Assembly: GCF_009914755.1 (NCBI RefSeq) | Contig: NC_060925.1 | From: the human T2T-CHM13v2.0 reference genome, Homo sapiens | Strand: one strand, 5' to 3' | DNA: 64,000 nucleotides | Shown: in pieces, positions 29,575-42,133 of the stretch | Numbering within the stretch: position 1 is the first letter of the stretch | How the letters are laid out: each line of letters starts with the position of its first letter | Notes under the pieces: model-generated | What the model was told of the DNA's origin: nothing | What the model saw: the letters and a program-made list of their open reading frames with translations, nothing else | Database searches by the model: none | Translations under genes and position numbers: made by a program

Positions 29575-29900
29575 TATGGTAACAGCACTCACTCTGAGGT
29601 CAAGGAACTTTGTATTAAAATCTCAACTCTCACATTTTTTTGTGACATTAACCAAAACAACTTTTTAAACTCAGTTTATTTTCATTTATATGGTAACAAT
29701 AATAGTAATGTAGATTACGTCAGGGCAGGTATTATTCTTTTGTTTATTGCTGTATAATTAGTGCCTAAAACAGTTTATGGCAGCTAGTACCATGCCAATT
29801 AAATATTTTGGAATAAAATAATCAACCAATTAATGAACAACATACTCTAACTCAAAATATTCATGTGAAGATTAAACTGTAATGTCACTAAATCATTAGG
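29575..29900 (+). mobile_element. MIR with an L2 3' end inserted (~29708-29838)
   Basis: CTCAGTTTATTTTCATTTATATGG, then CAGGGCAGG...TAGTGCCTAAAACAG...AAATATTTTGGAAT, then GTGAAGATTAAA. Confidence 0.55.
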
Positions 29901-30405
29901 CATTATTCTGATCCAACATTCCACTTCCTTTATGGCCTTTGAATTTACAGAATATATTTCATGTTCCTGGATGTTTCACTCTGCATTAGTAAAGGGTATG
30001 TAGAGAAGTTAATTAGGTTTGTTGATGTGATTGTGTAAATACCAATTCCAAATTTTTATCAAAAATATGAAATGACAAGACAACTCTAATTACAGTAATT
30101 CACTTACATGTTATACTGGATTGAGAGCTAAAGAAGAAGAGCACAATGAAGTTTCTTATAGTGATTTCAAAGCACAAAAATGAAAGCATTTGTAACTCGT
30201 ATTATCTGGGGAAATCTATTATACTTAACCAAACAATGAGCAAAGTCATCTTCAAAATTAATATGTGATTAATAGAGTCTCTTAAAATAACACATTAATA
30301 CTCTTAAATTACATATGTATAGTATGAATCACAATAATTCCAATTAATTTTTCTTTAATGTTGTTATTTTTTATACACTGATACATGCCAGACATATTTA
30401 GGACC

Positions 30406-32892
30406 TATATTAGGCTGTTCTCACATTAGACTGCTGTAAGGAAATACCTGAGACTGGGTAATTTCAAAAGAAAAGCGGTTTAATTGGCTCATGGTTCTGT
30501 AGGCGGTACAGGAAGCATAGTGGTGTCTGCTTCTAGGGAGACCTCAGGAAGCTTCCAATCACAGTAGAAGGCAAAGGGGGACCAGGTGAGTCAAATGGTG
30601 GCAGCAGGAGCAGGAAACGAAGTGGGGAGGTGCCACAAACTTAAAACTATGAGATCTGGAAAGAATCCACTCACTACCACGAGGATAACACAAAGTGGAT
30701 GGTGCTAAACCATTCATGAGAAATGAGCCCTCATGATTCAATCACCTCTCACCAGACCCACTTCCATCACTGGGTATTACAATTCAACATGACATTTTGT
30801 TGGGGACACAGATCCAAATCATATCATTACAACTCTGACAATTCTTATGTCTCATATTCTCACACTGAAAAATGCAATTATGCCTTCCTACTAGTTTCCC
30901 AAAGTCCTAATTCATTCCAGTATTAACTTAAATGTCTCAAGTTCAAAGTCTCTTCTGAAACTAGGCAACTCCCTTTTACCTATGAGCCAGTAAAATAAAG
31001 AAAAAAAAGTTATTTACTTTCAAGATACAATAAAGGTACCAGAATTGGGCAAATATTCCCATTTCAAAAGGCATAAGTCAGCCAAAAGAAAGGGACTACA
31101 GTCCCATGCAAGTCTGAAACCCAGCAGAATATTCATTAAAACTTAAAGCTCTGAAATAATCTATTTTGAGTCCACTTGCTGCATCCAGTGCACACTGGTT
31201 CAAAGGGTGGGCTCCCAAGGCCTTGGGAAGATTTGCCCTTCTGGCTTTGCAGTGTTCAGCCCCTGCAGGTGCTCTCACGGGTGGTAGCTAACTGCCTTTG
31301 GTTTTTCTACACACAGTGTGCAAGCCACCAGTGGATACAATGAATATATACAATATACCATTCTGAGTTCTGGAGGGTGGTGGCTTTCTTCTTATAGCTC
31401 CACTAGACAGTGCCTCAGGGAAGACTGTGTGGGGTCTCCAATGCCACATTTTCTATCTTCACTATACTAGTAGAGCATCTGTGTGAGGGCTCCACCCTTG
31501 CAGCAGGCTTCTGCCTGACACCCAGGCTTTCCTATATATACTCTGAAATCTAGGTGGAAGTTCCCAAGCCTTAACTCTTGCATTCTGTGCACCCTCCGGC
31601 TTAATACCAAAAGGAAATCACCAAGGCTTATGGCCTACATCCTCTGAAGCAGCTGCCCTAGTTATACCTGTGCTCCTTTGAGCCACAACTAGAGCTGGAG
31701 TGGCTGGGATGCAAGGAACAGTGTCCCGAGGCTACGCAGGGCAGTGGGGCCCTTGGCCTGGTCCATGAAATCATTCTTCCCTTCTAAGCATCTGGGCCTG
31801 TGGTGGGAAGGGATGCCATAGAGTTCTCTGAAATGTCTTTGAGGCCTTTTCCTTATTGCTTTGGCTATCACCACTTGGACTCCTCTTAGTTATGCAAATA
31901 TGTCTAACAAGTAGTTGCTCCACAGCCTGATTGAGCTCTTCTAAAAATAGGCTTTCCTTTATACCATATGGCTAGACTGCAAATTTTCCAAACTTTTATG
32001 CTCTGCTTTCCCTTTAAATGTAAGTTTCAGACTTAGATCAATTTTTGCTCATGCATCTGAGCATAGGTTGCTAGAAGCAACTACACCACACACTTAACAC
32101 TTTGCTGCTTAGGAAATTTTTTCACCAGGTACCCTAAATCATCAGTCTCTAGTTCAAACTCCACAGATCCCTAGGTCATAGACACAATTCAGCCAACTTA
32201 TTTGCTAAGAAATAACACATGTGCCTTTTGCTCCAGTTCCTCATTTTCATCTGAGCCATCCTTAGGCTGTACTTCCCTGTCCATATTACTATCAGCATTT
32301 TGGTTACAACCATTTAGTCACTCCCTAAGAAGTTCCAAACTTTCCCTCATCTTCCTGTCTTCTGAACCTTCCAAACTCTTCCAATCTTCATCTGTTGCCC
32401 AGTTTCAAAGTCATTTCCACATTTGCAGATATCATTGTAGCAATGCCCCACTCCTTGGTACCAATTTTCTGTATTAGGTGATTCTTGTATTGCTATAAAG
32501 AAATACTTGAGACTGAATAATTTACAAAGAAAAGAGGTTGAACTAGCTCACAGTTCTGCAGCTATACAGGAATCGTGATGCCAGCTCTGCTTGGCTTCTG
32601 CGGAGGCCTCAGGAAGATTCCAGTTATGTTGGAAGGTGAAGGGGAAGCAGGCACGTCACATGGCCAGAGCAGGAGCAAGAGAGGAATAGGGGAGGTACTA
32701 CACAATTTTACACAGTGAGATCTCATGAGAACTCACTCACTGTCACAAGGATAGCACTAAGTGGATGGTGCTAAATCATTCATGAGAAATCCACCTCCAT
32801 CATCCAGTTACCTCCCACCAGGCCCACCTCCAACATTGGAGATTACAATTCAAAATGGAATTTCGGTGGGGACACAGATTCAAATCATAACA
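30406..32892 (-). mobile_element. Full-length MSTA MaLR provirus (LTR 30406-30826, internal 30827-32469, LTR 32470-32892)
   Basis: Two LTRs in the same orientation with MST-int between (CCTTGGTACCAATTTTC at the 5'-LTR junction); perfect TSD GGACC (30401-30405 / 32893-32897). Confidence 0.96.
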
Positions 32893-34221
32893 GGACCATA
32901 GAAAGTTTCAAAGGTAAAGTTGTTCATCATCTTAAAAAATGTATTTTTTACTTTAAAATCTAAAAAAAAATACCATTTTACAAAATATTCAAGCTTTTAA
33001 AAATATTTTTAAAATAGACATAATTATTGTCACATGATTTAAAAATAAAAAATCTATATATTTTAATTTTCTTTAGATCCACATTTACTACCTTAGCCTA
33101 AATTTTAAAATAATGATTTATTTTTATATACAAATTAATGACATGTTCTTTTAATTATCAACTTAAATAAATTAGAATTTTATAAATATATTATAACATT
33201 ACAGATGAAGTTATTCATAATATAGCTAGGTAATGATCATAGAAAGCATTTCTACATAGAAATTTTACAATAAAAATGCCACATACCAACATAATTAATA
33301 TGACTGTTGATATTTTTAAAGAATTCTTAATTCATTGAACTTGAAAAAAATGTATGACTTTTTATCTATATTCTTATTTTTAAACCTGTAATTTACATAA
33401 AGTTCTCTTCATTCTCTCTTCCATAAGGTAAAATACAATTTTGTTTACATGAAAGGGGAGAATGTGCATATTTTTAAAAAATCTGCCATCAATATCTTTA
33501 AAATAAAGTTCTAATAAAGTAGGTATATGAGAACCCTATGATAATTATGTAAACAAAGTGCTTATATATGTAATAGAATTGTATATGTAATTATATGTAA
33601 AATATAATTATGTATCTCAAAGTGTTGGTATTATATCTATGAGCAATCATACGTGGCCCAAAATCATTGTTTTAGTAAATTTCAGTGAGTGACAACAGGT
33701 ATACAACTTAATGAAATCAGAAAAACAATTCATAAAAAACAAGAGAAATTTTAGAAATAAATAGAAATCATAAAAAGAAGCAAACAGAAATTCTGAAGCT
33801 AAATAATACAATGAGTAAAATTTAAAAAGCAGTAGACAACATCAACAGCAATCTGAAATATTCTGTGAATTCAAACAGGCATTTGAAAACAATCACCAGA
33901 GGAGAAAAAAGACAAAATAGAATGCAAGAGAATAAAGAAAGCCTGTGGAATTTATGGGACTCCATCTAGAGAGTTAACATTTGTGTTATAGGAGTGAGAT
34001 AGGGTAAGAGAGAGAAAAAGAGATAAAGAGCTTTTAACAATGGCTGAAAACTTCCCAAAGCTGAGGAGAGATACATGCATCCCGGTACATGAATCTCAAT
34101 GGTCCAAACAGGTTCAACCCCAAGAAAACTTTACCAAGACATAGCATAGTCACACTTTCAAAAACTAAAGATAAACAGAGACTCTTGAAAGCAACAAATG
34201 ATTTTTTTCTCACATACAATT

Positions 34222-34595
34222 TTTTTGTCTTTTTTTACAGTTTTTTATTCAAAGTATATTTTATCTGATATAAGTATAGCTCTCTTTGGTTTCTATTTGC
34301 ATGGAATTTATTTTCTATCCATTTACTTTCTGCCTCCATGTGCTCCTAAAGTAATTCTCTTGTAGCGAGCACAGAGTTGGGTCTGACATTTTAAAATTGA
34401 GCTACTGGTTTTCTTTTGACTTACATTTAAACTAATCATTGATAGGTAAAGACTTACTGTTTCAATTTTATTAATTGTTTTCTGGCTGTTTTGTACATCC
34501 TTTGTTCCTCTTGCTAGATTATTTTGTGATTTGATAATTTTCTATGGTGGTATGCTTTAATTCCTTTCTATAACTTTAATGTATATATTATAGTT
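34222..34595 (-). repeat. Inverted duplicate of 35620-35993 inserted in L1 ORF1
   Basis: Reverse complement aligns at roughly 90% by eye, including deletions relative to the L1 consensus that both arms share. Confidence 0.92.
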
Positions 34596-34713
34596 TATAT
34601 ATATGTTATATATATTATTACATATTATATATTATTATATATTACCTATTATATATATATTATTATATATTTATATATCTATTATAGTTTATATATAGTT
34701 TATATATACGTTT
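34581..34713. repeat. AT-rich (TA)n-like tract at the junction of the inverted copy
   Basis: Seen directly; TATAGTTTATATATA recurs. Confidence 0.9.
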
Positions 34714-35013
34714 ATGTTCCCCATAAGGCTGTCAGTGGAATCTTTCAGCAAGAAACTTTGTAGCCCAGGAGAAAGAAGAATGCTACATTCCAAATTCTGG
34801 GGAAAAAAAAAAAGCATGCAACTAATAATACTATCTTTACTGGGCAGGGCTGTGCATGAAAAATAAATAAAACTAAAGACCTTCCCAGAGAGAGATAAAG
34901 CTGAGAGAACTCATCATCACTAGACCTGTCTTGCAAGAAATACTAAAGGCAGTTCTTCAAGCTGAATTAAAAGGATGCTATTAGTAGCATGAATATATAT
35001 AAAACATAAAACT

Positions 35014-35306
35014 GGAAATCATCCTTCTCAGTAAACTATCGCAAGAACAAAAAACCAAACACGGCATATTCTCACTCATAGGTGGGAACTGAACAATGAG
35101 ATCACATGGACACAGGAAGGGGAATATCACACTCTGGGGACTGTTGTGGGGGGGTGGGAGGAGGGAGGGATAGCATCGGGAGATATACCTAATGCTAGAT
35201 GACGAGTTAGTGGGTGCAGCGCACCAGCATGGCACATGTATATATATGTAACTAACCTGCACAATGTGCACATGTACCCTAAAACTTAAAAGTATAATAA
35301 AAAAAA
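35014..35306 (+). mobile_element. Young 5'-truncated L1PA2-type 3' end
   Basis: GAGATCACATGGACACAGGAAGGGGAATATCACACTCTGGGG and GATGACGAGTTAGTGGGTGCAGCGCACCAGC (GAG, not the L1HS ACA); TSD AAAACATAAAACT (35001-35013 / 35307-35319). Confidence 0.95.
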
Positions 35307-38300
35307 AAAACATAAAACTCACTGGTACACAGGTAAAATTAAGTAGGTATTCAAATGTTAAAGACTCTAATACTATAATAGTGGTGTGAAAATAACTTAC
35401 ATCTTCAGTACAAAGGTTAAAAAACAAAAATATTAAAAATAACTATAACTCCAATAATTTGTTCATGAATAAACAATATGAAAATGTAAATAGTATCAAA
35501 AATATAAAATATGTGTGGGGAAGAAAGTTGTAAAGTTATTGTATGTGATCAAAGTTAGGTTGTTACCAGCTTAAAATATAAGATGTTCTGGTAAGCCTCA
35601 TAGTAAATACGGAGAAAAGAACTATAATATATACATAAATGTTATAGAAAGGAATTAAAGCATAGCACCATAGAAAACGATCAAATCACAAAATAATCTA
35701 GCAAGAGGAACAAAGGATGTACAAAACAGTCAGAAAACAATAAAATTGAAACAGTAAGTCTTTACCTATCAATGATTAGTTTAAATGTAAATCAAAAGAA
35801 ACTCAGTAGTTCAATTTTAAAATGTCAGACCCAACTCTATGCTCTCTACAAGAGAATTACTTTAAGAGCACACAGAGGCAGAAAGTAAATGGATATAAAA
35901 AAAAATGCCATGGAAATAGAAACCAAAAAGAGCTATACTTTTATATCAGATAAAACGTACTTTAAATTAAAAAACTGTAAAACAAGACAAAAACCCTTAT
36001 TATATAATAATAGAAGTCAACTCTTTAAGAAGATATAACAATTGTAAAAATATGTGCTCCCAACATTTAAACAGTTAAGCATATAAAACAAATACTAATA
36101 GATGTGAAGGGAGAAATAGCAGTAAAACAATAGTAGAGTACTTCAATTACCGACTTTAAACAAAAATAGATGAGTCATCTGGAAAGAAATTGAACAAGAA
36201 AACATTGGACTGAAAGTATACCTTGACCAAATGGACCAACAGATATATACAGGAAATTTCATCTAGCAACAGCAGTACATACATTCTCCTCAAGTGCATA
36301 TGGAACATTCTCCAGGATAGACCACGTATTAGGCTACAAAATATGTCCTAACAAATTTAAGAAGATTGAAGTCAAATTAAATATCTTATCATTATGACTC
36401 TGGTATGAAATGAGAAATCAATAACAAGAAGAACCTGGAAAATTTACAAATATGTGTAAGTTAAACAGCATTTCCTGATAAAATGATATATCAAAAAATA
36501 AAAACTTAAAAAATATTTTGAGACAAATATAAATGGAAACAAACTTTATTAGAGTTTATGACAGCAATTCTAAGATATAAATTTATTACAATAAATACCT
36601 ATATAAAAATAACAAATACACAATCTAACACTACTTTTCCTCAAGGAATTAGAGAAGAAGGAACAACTAAGCCCTAAGTTAGTAGTCAAAATGAAATAAT
36701 GAATATCAAAGCAGAAAAAAAATAAAATTGAGACTATGGGAAAGTGGAAAATATCGATGAAATTAAAAGATGGATTTTTAAAAACACATAAACAAGATCA
36801 ACAAACCTTTAGCCAGACTAATACAAAAAGAGTAAAGACTGAATAAATAAAATCACAAATAAAAAGGAGATATTACAACTGATACCATAGAAATACAAAG
36901 GATCATAAGAGGCTACAATGGAAAATTGTATACCTGCAATTAAGACAGCCTGTAAGAATGGATAAATTCCTAAAATCATATCTCTACTGAGACTGAATCA
37001 CAAAGAAATAGAAAATCTGCTCTGATCCTTAAGTAAGGAAACTGAATAAGTAATATCAAATATGCATCAGAGAAAATCCTAGGACCTGATGACTAGCTGG
37101 TAAGTTCGAACACACATTTACAAAAGAATTAACCAATCCTTCTCATACTCTTTCAAAAAATTAAAGACAGAGTACTTCCAAACTCATTAGTCCAACATCA
37201 CTCTGACTCCAAAGCCAGACAAAAACATTACAAGAAAAGAAAATTCCAGGCTAACATTTCTGATGAACATCGATGGAAAAATCTCCAACAAAATATTAGC
37301 AAACCAAATTCAACAGCACATTAACAGAATCATTTGCCAAGATCAAATGAAATTTATCCCTGGTACGCAAAGATGATTTAATATATGCAAATCAATAAAT
37401 ATGATAAATCACAATGACAGAACGAAGAACAAAGTTACATAATCATTTCAATATATGCAGAAAATATTTGGATAAATTCAACATGCTTTTATGGTAAAAA
37501 CTCTCAATAATTTAGGTTTAGAAAGAGTGTACCTCAACACAATAAAGGCCATATATGACAAACCCACAGCTAACCTTATACTCAGAAGTGAAAAGTAGAA
37601 AGCTATTCCTCTAAGATCTGGAACCACACAAGGACTCCCACTCTTGCTACTTCTACTTAACTTTGTACTGGAAGTTCTAGCCAGAGCAATTAGGAGAGAA
37701 ATGAATGAATAAAAGGCATCTACATCAGAAAGGAAGAAGTAAAATTATCCCTGTATGTAGATGGCATAATTTTATATGTAGAAACCCAAAAAGACTCCAC
37801 CAAAACACCTGTTAGAACTTATAAGGAAATCCAGTAAATTTGCAGGATAACCAATATATAAAATATAGTTGCATTTTATAAGCTAATAATGAACTATTCA
37901 AGAATTAAGAAAACAATCCCATTTATAATATCATTAAAAGAATAAAATACTTAAGAATAAATGTAGTCAATACAATGAACTAAAAATTATAAAATATGGA
38001 TGAAAGAACAAAAAGTTTGTGTACAGCAAAAGAAACCACTGACAAAATGGAAAGTCAACTTATGGAATGGGAAAAATATTTGCCAACCTTATACCTGATA
38101 AGGAGTTAATATCTAAAATATTTAAGGAGCTCATACACCTCCATAGCAAAAAGCCAGATAACCCCATCATAAAATGAGCAATGGATCCAAATAGACATTT
38201 TTCCATTTTCCAAAGAAGACATAGAAATGGCCAACAGGTATCAAAGCACTCAATAAAACTAATTATAAAGAAAATGCAAATCAAAACCACAATGAGAAAT

Positions 38301-38369
38301 AACCTCCTGCAGTAATCTTCCCTGCAATAGGTGAGGAAAACACTTTATGTAAGTCAATATCACCCAGGC

Positions 38370-38492
38370 TTAGCATTCATTACTTAGAGGGCTTCTTAAA
38401 CTGCAGATTTCTGAATCCCTCCCCTTGTTTCTATGAATTAGTCTGTCTGGGTTGGTACCAGGGAATTTGAATTTTTAACAAGTTCCTAAGTT
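38370..38492. mobile_element. MER5A (hAT-Charlie), truncated
   Basis: GAGGGCTTCTTAAACTGCAGATT...GAATTTGAATTTTTAACAAGTTCC. Confidence 0.75.
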
Positions 38493-38499
38493 ACTATTT

Positions 38500-38990
38500 T
38501 ATTTTTAAAACACAAATTTATTATTTTACAGTTCTGCATGTCAGAAGTCTAAAATGAGTCAGCAGGACTGTGTTCCTTTTGGAGGCTCTTGGGGAGACTC
38601 TGTTGCCTTACTTTTTTTTCAGTAGAAGGCATAGTGGCTACTTGCATTCTTTGGTTCATTAATTACCCCATTTTCAAAGCACAGTGTCTCCTAATATCTC
38701 TGTCTCTCTCTCTCCCTCTCTCTCTCTCTTTCTCTCACACACACACAGACACACACATGCACACACACACACACACATGCACACCCTCTCTCATACCCTC
38801 TCTTTTTCACTCTCACTCCTGCTTCTGTCATCACATCTCCTTCTCCGATTCTGACCCTCCTGCCCTTCTCTTGTAAGGATCATTGTGATTACACTGAGCC
38901 CACCAGGACAATCTTTCGAAGTCCTTAACTTTTGATATGTACTGTAATGAATTCAGAGATTCTCAGAGTGAGGACATGGATATAACACAG
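38500..38990 (-). mobile_element. MLT1C-type MaLR LTR with internal (TC)/(CA) microsatellite at 38697-38792
   Basis: TTATTTTACAGTTCTG...TCAGAAGTCTAAAATG...GGAGGCTCT...TTGTGATTACACTGAGCCCACCAGG. Confidence 0.8.
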
Positions 38991-39963
38991 TTTTGAAATA
39001 TTATATTTGTAGGTACAGAGGTAAATTGGAAGCAAAACTAAAAAATGTTTTCCATTTAGCTCTGACTTTTAGTGAAACAAGCAACTACAAAACCTTGGCA
39101 AAGTCAGTAGACACATTTGAACATTTACTTTGTTGTAATAGAGGGATTGATCTAGTTATTTCTAAAATATCTAATAATTCTTCATGTTGTGATTATGTAA
39201 CTAGAGGCTACCTCTGATTTTTTATGACAGTCATAGGTAAAAATAGATGTTGAGTTTTAAAATACAGATAGCACAAAATTCAGAATTAAAAAAAATCAGT
39301 ACATAAGTATAGTTTCTTTCATGAATAAATTGTATAATTAATTATGCTACGTTTGTCTAAAAGTATTATCCTTCTTTTAGGAAAAAACATGGGATAAAAT
39401 ATAGTTTAGATGATACCTAGCATATAATCAGGCATGTAGAGATCTCAGGATTTAAAAAGAAATATCAAATGAAGTGCAATAAATTGTGTTTTTTGTATAG
39501 ATCCTTCGAGTCGTATCTCAGAAAAGAGAGAAATGGCTTATCCAATATTTAAGCAGAGACAAATGGCATATGAAGAGGACTTATCAGGGCAGTGGAGAGA
39601 ATTGGTGATGAAAATTGGTAGGGGGTGAGTAAAACAAGTTTGAGACTTTGTAAATTTTTCCCTAGATTGTGGATTTCTAATCAAAATTCAAATGGAAAAA
39701 GGATTCCATCAAAGAATCTAATTCAACATTGGTAATACCATTCACAAGGAGAAACACAGTGACACTTTTCATTTACTAAAATTTGTTTTACTAAATTTCT
39801 TAGGGGGATGAATCTACTAAACAACATTCAAGGCTGTTAGTTTAATCATGTCTGTTTATTAATGCAGAATACATGGTTTCAGTGTTTCTATTCAAATATA
39901 TGTCAATGTGAACTTTGCTGTAACAGCAAACTGGTGTTTTCAGTATATTTTAAAATTTATTAA

Positions 39964-39982
39964 TCACCACTAGAGGGCAGGG
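39964..39982 (+). promoter_or_regulatory. Candidate CTCF binding site
   Basis: TCACCACTAGAGGGCAGGG; core CCACTAGAGGGCAG (39967-39980) fits CCAC[CT]AG[AG][GT]GGC[AG][GC]; lies in apparently non-repetitive sequence. Motif only, binding not shown. Confidence 0.6.
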
Positions 39983-40233
39983 TTATTTCTCAATATTAGT
40001 TCCCTTATTGATGAAATTAACAAAATAATTACATCATACTTATATTTCTGTTAACTTTTTTGAAAGACAATTTCTATATGACGATATTTTTGGGTTAATC
40101 TTATTCTAATGATTTCTTAAGATGTCCTTTTAAAAAAATCTCAAATTCTATCCTACTTCACAAATTCTCTTAAATATATTAAACATTTAAAAAATTCATA
40201 GTCAATGGACAGATACCATTTTGAACTTAACTG

Positions 40234-40269
40234 TGAAACCTTGTCCCTACTAAAAATACAAAAAATAAG
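40234..40269 (+). mobile_element. Isolated 36-bp Alu mid-section fragment
   Basis: GTGAAACCTTGTCCCTACTAAAAATACAAAAAATAAG with neither arm attached. Confidence 0.75.
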
Positions 40270-40820
40270 TATACAGGAAAACGATACAAGAGTGAAATTA
40301 CAATATATTAAATATTAAATGTATATTAAATTATATGTAACATATTAAATATAAATAATACTGTTAAAATATTATTTTGAATTCAACATGGCATTTTTTA
40401 AAAATTACTGGCCATTTTGTTAGGCCCCAAGAATAAAAATGATAAGACAGTCTGTTTTAGATATGATTCTGTTTTAGAAATCTTTTACTTCCCTTTGCAG
40501 AACGAAATTATGTGCTTCTGTACTTCCAACTCAGATTGTAAAATATTATGTTAGAATTACTCACATGCGCTATCCCCTCTCTGGACTTGTGAACTCCTTA
40601 GGCACTGATTCAAGATTGTGTCAACACTTTATCCCAGAATGCAGACTTGACCTGCCATATAGTAGATAAATACTCAGTAGAAATTGGTGGCTATACTATA
40701 ATGATGGTAGAAAAAAAAACAATGAAAATTTAATTATTTACTATGATAATACCTTACTGTGTTTTATTTTATCTTGCTCAATTTCATATCAATATAATAT
40801 TGATTTTAAAACGATATATG

Positions 40821-41154
<334 letters not shown>

Positions 41155-41377
41155 TTATCAATTAAGGTGGATTCAGTAAGCATTTCTTGAGGACCTAATA
41201 TGTTCCTTGTATTATGCTCAGTGGTGGGCATAACAAATTGAATAAAAAGTTTATGCCTTTAAAGGACCAGTGAATGGAAAAGCAGATACAACTGATAATT
41301 CTAATCTTTGTAATTAAACATCTTGGCCAACTTATAATTGGTCTTCAGGTTGACTAAGGTAGAAATGTCAAGAAATG

Positions 41378-41560
41378 TCAAGTTTGGGGCAGAATATGGA
41401 GAAAAGGGACCCCTATTACACTATTGGTGGGAATGTAAATTAGTACAGCTAAAATGGAAAACAGTAAAGAGGGCCTCAGAAAACTAAAAATATAACTACC
41501 ACATAATCTAACAATGCCACTACTGAGTATATATCAAAAAGAGATGATATCGGTTTATAT
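41378..41560 (+). mobile_element. L1M ORF2 C-terminal fragment
   Basis: TGGAGAAAAGGGACCCC...GGTGGGAATGTAAATTAGTACAGC. Confidence 0.8.
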
Positions 41561-42092
41561 TTTAAAATGCAGAGTCTTCAGAAACTAAACTTTTCTCCCA
41601 CATATTTATGTTAATGTTCAGCTTTATACTGATTTATCAAAATTATAGACAATTAATATGAAGATGCATTAGAAGTAGTAGTCCATAATGATTACTCTAA
41701 ACAGGAAAGGAAGTAAAAATTAATGGGACTAAGCAGATTGGGAAAAAACATATCAGTGGATTAAGAATGCAAAACTTTCTTATTAAAGGAGTAGTAATGT
41801 ATATGGAAAATAACAAAAGGACAAGGAAAGATAAAATAGTATAATTAGAGAGAGAATGAGACTTTGTGTTTCAATGTTAATCAGCTATCTGATTAAAAGA
41901 AGAAAAAAGTACTTATCATTGCTACCAGGATATTCCATGGAGTAAGAGCTACCTTCTGAGAGTGACTTAGATCTGTCTGCTCACATTTATATAAGCACTT
42001 TATTCTCACTTTCCATTTTACCACATTGTTTACCACCAGCAAGAATTAAAACTGATGTATATCCTCAGGGACTTGCTATCTTAAAGTGTGGG

Positions 42093-42124
<32 letters not shown>

Positions 42125-42133
42125 ATCATCTAT
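42093..42133. repeat. (TATC)8 tetranucleotide STR plus degenerate tail
   Basis: Seen directly. Confidence 0.95.

Larger units (their letters stand above)
33660..38305 (+). mobile_element. Old L1M (MA/MB-type) ORF1, inter-ORF region and ORF2, with an internal ORF2 deletion at ~38008 and no 3' UTR
   Basis: ORF1 motifs (ATGGCTGAAAACTTCCCAAA, TCATCATCACTAGACCTG); ORF2 EN (GACCCAACTCTATGC), RT (TATGACAAACCCACAGCTAAC, GTAGATGGCATAAT); jumps to AAAAGTTTGTGTACAGCAAAAGAAAC. Confidence 0.9.

Noticed and set aside
34981-35427. 148-aa minus-strand ORF
   Set aside because: Antisense reading of the L1PA2 3' UTR.
33660-38305. Potentially active L1
   Set aside because: Many stops and frameshifts, two insertions, an internal deletion and no 3' end.
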